From NCBI GenBank assembly GCA_951406725.2, contig OX597819.1:4650001-4714000 (forward strand): DNA of 64,000 nucleotides, read 5' to 3'. Below, in pieces: positions 54,269-64,000 of this stretch. The translations under genes were made by a program, and so were the position numbers. Every line of letters begins with the position of its first letter. Within the stretch, counting starts at the first letter, position 1. Below the pieces are notes generated by a model. That model was given only the letters and a program-made list of their open reading frames with translations, was not told the DNA's origin and ran no database searches. Source of the DNA: Octopus vulgaris (taxonomy: Eukaryota).

Positions 54269-54711
54269 TGATACATTTAAAGTCTTTTGTTTTCTCTCAG
54301 CACTTCAAATTTACGAGAATAAGTCGACCTTTTGAACTTTCTCCGGCCGTTGAAGGTCTAACAGAATTATGGCGCCGAAAGCTAGTCATCCAAACGTTCT
54401 TCTTATCGTTTTTGCGTTTCTACACGTTTCTTGAAGTAAATGCTTTCCCTTTTGTTAGAATTCAGACAATATATACATTGAATAGTAAAGAATCTTGTGT
54501 TGTTATTCTATTCAACTTATTTATTTTCGATTGAATATATTTCGTTTACTTAGAAATTGGATTTTAGGAATTTTTTTTTTTTTACCACCGTGATTTCCGT
54601 TTTTGTTTACGTGAAATTATAACAAAAATTATAAAGATTTGGTTGTTATTTCTAGCATATGAAGAGACATTCTACGCTTAACTTCATGTGCTGATTGAAA
54701 TCATTAAAATA

Positions 54712-55085
54712 TTCTGGGGTCGAAACATTCGACTAAAATTTCCTCAAGGTGGTACCCCAGCATGGCCGCAGTCTAATGACTGCAACAAGTAAAAAGAAAA
54801 ACGAAATATATCGCAGAAGTGGTTTTGATCAGGCTTTAAAAAATTCTAGGTTCCATACAGACATCTAAGAATTCTTCAAGGTTGTGCCCCAGTATGACCG
54901 GCTGCAGTCTAAGAACTGCAGCAAGTAAAAGAGAAAAAAAGTCTGGGATCGATGCGTTCAACTAAAAATTCTTCAAGGCAGTACCCCAGCATGGCCACAA
55001 TGTAATGACTGAAAGAAGTTAAAGGTGAAAAGCAACAAGTAAAAAAGAAAAAAAGTATGGGATCGATACGTTCAACTAAAAATTC
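54712..55085 (+). repeat. Tandem array of ~115-bp SINE family B tail modules (3-4 units)
   Basis: Repeated GGGTCGA..CTAAAA..CTCAAGG..CCCCAGCATGGCC..CAAGTAAAA. Confidence 0.7.
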
Positions 55086-55212
55086 TAAATAACTAAAAAT
55101 AACCGAAAAGTATAACCATGGGGCTTTTGTTCCCTTTCACACCTTAACTATGGGGCTTTTGTCCTAAGGGTTTTTTGTCTTGGGGGCTTTTGTCCGGATC
55201 CCTCTTACTATA

Positions 55213-55440
55213 TATTTCTTTATTGCCCACAAGGGGCTAAACACAAAGGGGACAAACAAGGACAGACAAAGGGATTAAGTCGATTACAACGACTCCAGTG
55301 CGAAACTGGTACTCAATTTATCGACCCCGAAAGGATGAAAGGCAAAGTCGACCTCGGCGGAATTCGAACTCAGAACGTAGCGGCAGACGAAATACCGCTA
55401 AGCATTTCCCCCGACGTGCTAACGATTCTGCCAGCTCCCA
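55213..55440 (-). mobile_element. SINE family A copy
   Basis: Reverse complement of 7731-7953. Confidence 0.85.
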
Positions 55441-56029
55441 TACTTGCGCCCGTTCTTTTCAAAAAACGCGCGTGTGCGCGCACGTCCTTACATAAATCCG
55501 TTATATCCAATTCAAGCAGTAATAAAAATAGCCATCTGTGTATCATACTCAATATAAATACATCGTTGGAATATAATTTACTGCAGTATCATCTCTCGAC
55601 GAATACTACAGTAAATTACCTTTCAGCGATGTATTTACATCAAGTATAATACCGGAGATAGCAACATTAATACAGTTTGCTAGATGGTCTTAATTGGTAC
55701 TATAAGTTTCACCAGTTGGATTACATAATAATCAGGGTGGTGTTGCTTTCAAAAAGATCGACCGGACAGATTAACGTTAATGACATGGTTCCATTTATAA
55801 TTCACGGATTAAAAGCTATTTCTATCAGGCACTCTCTTGTCATACAATTTAAAACAGGAAGATAATTTCGGTCTCATTTATTGGTATTGTTTCCTAGGTT
55901 TACTCGTAAAAATACATTTGTAAAGTTAAAAAGAATAAGTATTTTTTTTAAATATCAGATATTTAATGGTTATTAAGTATAGAAGTATAATAGTACAAAA
56001 TCTACGGAACAAAAATATACATATACGAG

Positions 56030-56395
56030 CAAAACGCCCCTCATCCAATGGACGGTGCTGAGTTGTCAAACATTTAAACCAAATTTTCTCAAAACAACTT
56101 GACCGACCGTCCCTTAGGCCTCCTCTTTGAGAAACACTGGTTTAACCTAAATTTGAGACACCAGCAAAAGATAGATTTCGACTGATGTACTTGTGCATAC
56201 AAATGCACGTTCCCACGGCTTTATCGATCGCATTCTCACCTGGAATCGATTTTTATAATTTTTTTCAAGACTTATATACGCCCTGATACCGTCGGTATCT
56301 ACATATCAATTTTGAGCGCAATCGGATGGAGGATGCCCGAGATCCTAGAAGACACACACACACACACATACACAGAACAGATTTTATATAATAGA
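56030..56395 (-). mobile_element. Possible Helitron/Helentron-type non-autonomous element
   Basis: Minus-strand start A|TCTATTATATAAAATCTG followed by (TG)n; 3' end not recognised. Confidence 0.4.
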
Positions 56396-57146
56396 TACAG
56401 TACTGTTTTGTCTTCTGCGTGCAAAAGTTTGAGGAGAAATAAAAGGTGATATCGCATTCATAGGCTATATGCTAAAAGTAACAGAGAAAAAGTCATCGAA
56501 GATACAGCCGAACCATGAGGCACACCAGGGCTGATAGAACATCAGTCATTGGGAGCGCCCCCATCGGCATGTACTGTAGAGAAAACTTACAATATATGAC
56601 AGGTGAGTATATTACATAGGTGAGCAACTTTGTCATGATATTAAATGAAACACGGGCGAAGTTTTTGCCGATGTTAAGGGCATCAACACTGTTTTCTCTG
56701 AAAAGACTGTTCTCTGGTAAATCTGGCTGTGCAGTTACCTTTCGGATGGGAGAAACATAGACTGAATGTGGGAAAAGCTGTTGTTTATCCCCCGTCTGCC
56801 CTTTCGAACAAATCCATATCGAATGCATCCTTGACACTCCCATACTTCTTTCCGTCATATTGTGATTCGGGCTACGTTACCCTATTTACCCTTTATTAAG
56901 ATTGGCTTTAAAATGAAGGTGCAAATTCAATTACAATAATATAATTTACTTCAAACATTTTCATTTAATATCTAATCCCACCTAAACGTAGATATTCTGT
57001 TAGAAGAAACTATTCTGTAGCAGATACCATGAGATTAATTCTCATATTTCTATTATTGAAAACAAGTGGATGTATTCCACTGAAACCAGGTAACTAGATT
57101 CTTCGAACAGGGACAGTCAGTAGCAACACCTGCTGGGTCTGACTAC

Positions 57147-57189
57147 GCTGCATTGATAAAGGGCAAATACCTTGAAACATGTCTGCAGC
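57147..57189 (+). ncRNA. Decayed minimal hammerhead motif
   Basis: gctgca-TTGATAA-aggg(caaata)cctt-GAAA-cat-GTC-tgcagc; two substitutions in the core. Confidence 0.55.
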
Positions 57190-57409
57190 TGTTTGACTGG
57201 CAGGATGAAGCGGCTGACCTCCCCTGTTCGAAGGTTTATAATGGACGCAGATTGTGTGTCAAATAGCTAGCTTGAGGCGGTGGCCTCATGGAGCTAATCA
57301 GCGACAGCTTTAGTCTTATATTTATAAGACTGCCATATAAGTATGGCGATAACTATTAATTTCCAGTAACGCTGCCGTAATCTCCTTTAGAGAGACTTAG
57401 TAATTTTAA

Positions 57410-57451
<42 letters not shown>

Positions 57452-57606
57452 AAATAAGAAAAGGTGAAACACACCTTAATCAATAATCAACTGTTGTTAT
57501 TATTATTATGTTACTATTTCACTATATTATGCTGTTGATGTATTCTATCTGATTTTTTCCACCTAATATGTACTGTGAGCCGCGTAATGCACATATTATT
57601 TTACTG

Positions 57607-57653
<47 letters not shown>

Positions 57654-57662
57654 AATAATAAT

Positions 57663-57752
<90 letters not shown>

Positions 57753-57986
57753 AATAGTAATATTAATGGCATTTTGTAACTTAATATAATGAACTCTTGA
57801 CTTTGTATGTGTACATTTGCATATAGATATGTGTATGTTTGTATATTGTAATATTCTAATATATTGATTTGACTAACTGTAACCTTATATATATGTATGT
57901 ATATTATTATATATTATTATGTATATACGTGTATATATATATAGGTGCATGGGTATATACACTTATATGTATGTGTATGTTATATA

Positions 57987-59548
57987 TCTCTTATTATAAA
58001 AGGCAGATTTTATCTGCCTCCCTTTGGGAGTTATACAAATCTACAATATAGGATTTCTTCAATTACAATTTACCTAGCAGTTTTAAGAGTACAATGCATC
58101 GCGTCATGCCAGGTCCAGTTTTTAAAATTTAAACTCCAATTAAGCAAAATTTACAGAAAACTCACATTCTGGTGTGTGTGTCAAATGCTTTTCTTAGTCT
58201 GGTTTACACCACACGCAAACGCACACACACAGTGGGCAACGAATAAAATGAAAGTAAATAGCGACAGAGTGATTGATTTGAGGAAGACTAAACTGAAAGT
58301 GCTTAAACCACTACTCAAAAAATAAAAAAACACAGCAAACAGAAACAAATAAATACATAACCATTTAATCTTCACACAACTTCTTCAATTAGAATTTACC
58401 TAAGATTTTTCAAAGTACTCCATTCGCTCATGCCATAATATATTTCTTTCAATTTCACCCCCAATTAAGACAAAATTCGAGAAAACTCAATATTTTAACA
58501 TATCACTCCGAAAGCATTGATGTACATGTGTGCGTGCGTGAGTGTGTGTGTGTCATTCCTCACACACACGCATACACATACATATACAACTACATACAAC
58601 TACATACACATACAACTACATACAAACACGTGTGTGTTTGTTATTAGTAAAAAAGGCGCAAAAACACAACTCACTTATCATTCCAACACATTTGCAAAGA
58701 CACACGGAGGACAGAAAAGGTAAATTGGTTTTTATTTTACTCTGTATATATTTTATTATATAATATTATATATAGATATATGTATATATAATTGCAGTAT
58801 GAAACAGTGTTTATGTATAAACAGACGACACTTATATATAGTTACCAAGCCGCCCGAATTTACCTATTCATATTTAAATGAGAATATCAGAGCAAATCTC
58901 TTTAGTACATTCGTGAAAACACGTATTATACTTCGTAAACACTTCAACTACAGTTTTGTACAAAAATCGAAGTGTAATTTTAATTCCGTGAATTATGGGA
59001 GATTTTTTTCCGAAATTTGTTCCTATTGTGTTTTCAAAATTTTTAATTCTGACAAAAAATGGATACGAATTTCATTATATCAAGCAGCGAGTCAGAATTC
59101 GAAGGATTTTCTACTGAAGACCTTCATAAATCTAACTCTATGACTGAAAAAAAAAAGCATCTTTATATAAGAGTGAAGTTGTGTGTCTGTCTCCTACGAT
59201 TTAGATTCCTAACTACTCCCACATTTTGCGGTGCAGTTTAACCAAAAGCGGGTATCTTATAGTCGTGATTCATATCGAGCCCTTCTGGGTATTAGCGTGC
59301 TCTGATGAGTCTACGATGAGTCTACGATTTAAAAAAATTTACCATCATATTTTTCCATTTTAATGCATTTTTTCGCTTTTATATAAGGGAAGTAACTCTC
59401 TAAAAATATCTACGATGTGTCAACGATTTAAAAAATATTTACCTTAATTTTTTTTCAATTTTTAATGCATTTTTTGGCTATAACTCTCTAAAAATGCTTA
59501 TATAGTTATTTCCCTTACAACCCGAGCAACGCCGGGCGATACTGCTAG
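57987..59548 (+). mobile_element. Composite non-autonomous Helitron (~1.56 kb), inverted near-identical copy of 45221-46784
   Basis: Mirror ORFs in the track are almost identical; A|TC...CTAG|T. Confidence 0.9.
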
Positions 59549-59617
59549 TAATGTATATATACCCATTCTTGTATGGGTGTACCTTCTCTGATATTCATAT
59601 TTAGATTGTACTTTAAA

Positions 59618-59805
59618 ATCTCTGAAGAGGCCTTGGGGTATATTTGTAAGTGTCTCATTTATAACCACATATTAACTTATCACACATAGCTAATATGAGC
59701 ATGGCCTTGCTTTTTGGTTTTTGAGCCAAAGAATTAACTAAAGAATTAACTAACTAACTAACTAATGAGATACTCATATCTACATGGTTGAAACAACTGT
59801 AAGAT
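59618..59805 (+). ncRNA. Hammerhead-like motif with ~150-nt loop 2
   Basis: atct-CTGAAGA-ggccttg...catggtt-GAAA-caact-GTA-agat. Confidence 0.55.
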
Positions 59806-60208
59806 ATAGTTTATATCTATATTTATACTTATTTATACATATTGTACTTATTGTATCATATTACTCATTGATGTGCACTGTTTTGTTCTGTACTATTATG
59901 TTTGACCTTGATGTTCATATGTAGTTGGTTAATAAATTATGTGAATGGGTATTATCTGGTAGTTGATTATTGATTAAGGTGTATTTCTCCATTTTCTTAT
60001 TTTGTATTATGAATTTGTGGTAAAACATTTTACCTTCGCCCATATAATAAAATAAATGAATTAATTGCATCGCAATTCTTAACATTTATGTATTAGCTTT
60101 GTTGGGTGCTTTACTGGCAGTATATTGGATATATGTTATCCCATGGTGGGTTGCACTCACAACCCCTATCTCAATTTATATAGTATCTTAATTATATTCT
60201 CTCGTAAG

Positions 60209-60268
60209 CTCTACCGATGAAGAATGAATCCTTTATGAGATTAATTCCGAAATTGATTTAATATAGAG
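60209..60268 (+). ncRNA. Hammerhead-like motif (CCGATGA core variant) in a Penelope-like end
   Basis: ctcta-CCGATGA-agaatgaatc..gattaattcc-GAAA-ttgattta-ATA-tagag. Confidence 0.5.
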
Positions 60269-60397
60269 ATAACGAAATTTAAATATTCTAACGGTTAGTT
60301 TGCCCGACTTCAGTTCAATTTCTATAGCAAGTAGATTATATGTGGAAAATCAGTATATTGGCTTTGGAATAATCTTCTTTAGCCCTCGCTTATAAGT

Positions 60398-60429
<32 letters not shown>

Positions 60430-60463
60430 ATCAAAATAAGTAACAAGAATAACTTCGGTAATT

Positions 60464-60547
60464 TGGTACGATTGTTTCACGCTACATCATTTTATTAAAT
60501 GTTGTAAGTTTTACAACAATTTTAAAATGTTGACCAATCATCAGCCA
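60464..60547 (-). ncRNA. Hammerhead-like motif near the PLE 3' end
   Basis: tgg-CTGATGA-..extended stem II..-GAAA-caatc-GTA-cca. Confidence 0.55.
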
Positions 60548-61624
60548 TTAATAGAGGTTTTCCATTAATACATAATTTTCATATCAATTGATAACATTAT
60601 AGAGAAGGTAGATATATAGACAAAGATGTCGATTTAAATTTTAAGAACATTTAGGTAGTAGAGTTTATCAACTGACTGAAGAATATTCAGAATATTCAGT
60701 TGTTTTGAACTGCTAGAAGGTTTGGGAAAAATGATCAATTGAAAAGAGACAAGAAAGATTTTCTATTTATAGAAATAGGGGTGAAATAGATGTAAAAGTT
60801 TTATATAAAGAAATTAAGGTAGCGAAAGGGTTGTAATGCTACAGAGGCTGTTTACTACTATTTGGCAAATAGAATTTGTATTAGGAAAACTAGGTGAATG
60901 TCAAAAGGTCACAGTGACCACTTATAGCGAATACAGAGATTCTTTAATACATCAACTTTATACTTAGCTGGTAGATTTTGAATAATTTTGATACGTTGGA
61001 TTAAAGGAGAAATTATAAATCTAATATTTATTCATTTTGGAGAAAATCTATCACTTATTATGAGTAGGCATAATACTCATTAACTGAGGACAAAAGTCTT
61101 ATTAATCAAGTGAATATATTAGGGGTCAAATATATATAATAGGAAAACTGGAAGAGGAGTAATCGAGAAGAAAGGTTTTCATAGGTTTAGTAGAAGGTGA
61201 TTTATTGTTATGAAGAGAAGTAATTAAGAAGAGTAAATTATTCAGATTTCGTATATAGTGAAATGTTATTAATGAATTAAAATATAGAATCTGTTAGACA
61301 TAGTATTTACTACCTGCGGAGAAAGGCTAATTAGTTAGGTAAAAATATCCTAGGTTAATGATATATTAAGAAGTGGAAGTGAGATAATCAAGGTGAACTG
61401 AGTAGTTTCTTTAGGGACATAGACTTTATTCTATTTAGTATAGGAGATTATCAAAAAAAAAAAGAAAAAAGGGAGAATTTAATTCCAAGTTTGCAATGAA
61501 GTTTTTTTAGTAATCTATGTATGTTGAATTAAAAACCAGTATGGTATTTTCATTTTTATTTGGTTATAAAGAATTAGAATTTGAAAAATTTCGGAATAGT
61601 CACAATATTATTATTTAAAATATT

Positions 61625-62050
61625 TAAACGTACGGGTTGTGCGATACTCCGAGCTCCGAACGGTTATTTAACAGATTTGTATTACTCCTATATTTTAAAA
61701 TTTCATATGTTTCCATAGAACAAATTTCACAGCCATCCCTACTATTTTTATAAGGCTGTGCTTTTCTTACTATATCCCATTTCAGGTTGAATTCTATATT
61801 ATTCGTTTTCAGTTCCTAAATTTTACTAGACAATGTTGTGCAACCTGCATTGTGTTTGAGCCTAAAGGAGGAAAAATGATTGTTTAAACGTTTTTTTTTA
61901 ATCTACCGAACAACCGAAATAAAGATAGTTGTTATTTGAAGTCACTATTGTACATTTATAAATCACATTTTTGACCAAACAGCGGCCAGATACCTGACAT
62001 TTCGATCTAATCCTACAATTACAACTGGGGGGATAATTCCTGGTACTAGT
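61625..62050 (-). pseudogene. PLE GIY-YIG endonuclease with upstream CxC..C..C knuckle (frameshift and stop)
   Basis: SCNCRIRSKCQVSGRCLVKNVIYKCTI..YLYFGC, then KRLNNHFSSF..TTLSSKI*ELK..FNLKWDIV..PY..CEICSME..LLNNRSEL. Confidence 0.85.
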
Positions 62051-62262
62051 ATTATTTATGGACAATTCGATTTCATTTCTATTATTAGAGTTTTTATTAG
62101 TATTAGTGTTATTTTCTCTAATAGTAGTTACATTGTTATGTAAACTGGGGTTACTAGTTATTAATCTATTCTCACTATCTTCACCTACTACATTTTTATC
62201 TATACTACCTATATTATTGATGTTGTTATAATCACTATTTATATTAATGTTGTTATTATTAA

Positions 62263-62325
<63 letters not shown>

Positions 62326-62440
62326 TATTATCGTTATTATCATTATTATTATTATTATTATTATTATCATTATTATTATTATCATTATTATTATCATTAT
62401 TATTATTATTATCATTATTACTATTGTAATTATTATACAC

Positions 62441-62526
<86 letters not shown>

Positions 62527-63544
62527 ATACTGGCAGGAAGAGAATATATATATATATATATATATATATAAAGAAAGAAAGAATAATGAAGAATGTTAGA
62601 ATCCAGGCTAAATTAAAGAAATTAGAATTGAAATGCTAATGTAACTATAGAACTACAAGAATCCCAATACAACAGCAGCCTAAGATAAATCTCCCTCTTG
62701 GCTGACTGAAACGACCACTGCTTTGTTTTTTTATCCGTTCGGTTCATATAACACGTTACTGATATTTATTTTTTTGACTTTAGGAGTTGAAAAACTTGCC
62801 AAATATTATCACATTTTTACAACAAAGCAACCGTTCTAGATAAATTAACTATACTGAATTATAAGTTTACCTATTTCGACCGTTCTGTTTCCCTTCACTG
62901 CATTCTCTTTGTACCAAATTCTCCTCAGTCAAACTAAAAGTGAAAATGTTCATTGGTTTGTCCAAACCAATTACAGCATACGATCTCCGAGGAGAGTGAC
63001 CGATACTTTATGCATTTAGATATTTGCGACTACTCAATCAGAATATTATTCCAACTGTATTCTGTAGCCCTATGTCGATCGTTGTGAAAGAATTCTAATC
63101 GATCAAAATCAGAAGCAAATTTACATTAAATAGCAATGATTTTGTTCAAATCTGCATATCAGTACATCAATCCTTTTGAGAACGTCGCTCACGTTTCTAC
63201 ACAATGCATGTGTAATTCACAATCTTCTCTACACGCAGAAATGCATATAATATGTAGTTATAAGAAGTTTAATAGTAGTTTCCTATCTAATAATTTCTAG
63301 TTCTAATTCTATCAAGTTCTAATTTTATCGAGTTCTATCTGAAAATATAATTTTCATCCACACTTGCGCCTTTAAGTCGGCATAGAAGTGAGTGGGCGTA
63401 TATGTGTGCGTGTGTTTATGTGTGTGAAAGAAATGGAGTGATTGCTTACAGCCATTTGATTTCTTTCTTTCCAAAATAACTTTTTGATTCGGTTGTCTGT
63501 CGAACAAAACTAATATAACTTCTATTAATTTTAAATAAACGAAC

Positions 63545-63590
<46 letters not shown>

Positions 63591-63637
63591 TATATATACA
63601 TATATATATATATATACATATATATACATATATATAT

Positions 63638-64000
63638 ATGCGCAGGTGTGGTTGTTTGGTAAGAAGCTAAATTCCCAACGACATGGTTCTTGGCTCAGTC
63701 CCGCTGCTTGGCACCTTGGACAAGTGTCTTCTACAATACCCTATAGTCTCGGGGCAACCAAAGCCTTGTGAGTGGGTTTGGTAGACGGAAACTGAAATGT
63801 ATATATTTGCGTGTTTCTTTGTGTCTGTGCTTGTCCAATCACCGCTTGACAACCGGTGTTGGTTTGTTTACGTTCCCGTAACTTAACGGTTCGGCATAAG
63901 AGTTTCGATAGAATAAGTACCAAACTTCAAAAAAATTAGTTCGCGGTCGATTCATTCACCTAAAATTCTTTAGAGTGGTGCCCCAGTATGGCCGTAGTCT
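63638..64000 (+). mobile_element. SINE family B copy (runs to the window end)
   Basis: GCGCAGGTGTGGTTGTTTGGTAAG head, core and tail. Confidence 0.82.

Larger units (their letters stand above)
57447..60007 (+). mobile_element. Penelope-like element with inverted terminal duplication, interrupted by the Helitron at 57987-59548
   Basis: 57447-57492 is an inverted copy of 59960-60007; hammerhead at 59618-59805. Confidence 0.6.
60429..62435 (-). mobile_element. 5'-truncated Penelope-like element (Naiad/Neptune-type): Asn-rich linker, GIY-YIG endonuclease, long 3' UTR with hammerhead
   Basis: See endonuclease pseudogene; hammerhead at 60464-60547(-); (TA)n on both sides. Confidence 0.8.

Noticed and set aside
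56493-56858. 121-aa minus ORF and a plus-strand GTGAGT donor near 56603
   Set aside because: Only a faint resemblance to pogo-type transposase patches; cannot support either a gene or a TE call without a search

Overview
Eukaryotic, AT-rich, repeat-dominated DNA with no host protein-coding exon that I can support. The tRNA-derived SINE families and microsatellite load resemble an octopus/coleoid cephalopod genome (inference). Main contents: (1) 1-6.3 kb is a cluster of R4/Dong-like RLE non-LTR retrotransposon pieces stacked in (AAT)n tracts, with two copies of a ~550-bp non-coding (AAT)-tailed element. (2) About 25 SINE copies with interchangeable heads and tails. (3) An RTE LINE 3' fragment with an 11-bp TSD inside a SINE. 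(4) A complete but disrupted IR/DR Tc1 (DD34E) element, plus mariner, hAT and Tigger-like relics. (5) Many non-autonomous Helitrons, including composite forms, CTAG|TC head-to-tail junctions and two near-identical 1.56-kb inverted copies. (6) Penelope-like (Naiad/Neptune-type GIY-YIG) relics and 5-7 hammerhead-ribozyme motifs, mostly beside (TA)n tracts. (7) Several long palindromes. (8) A 4.4-kb (AAT/GAT)n array continuous with a SINE tail. Most long ORFs in the supplied track are microsatellite artefacts. I see no convincing new protein-coding system; the best leads are microsatellite-targeted mobile elements and ribozymes.
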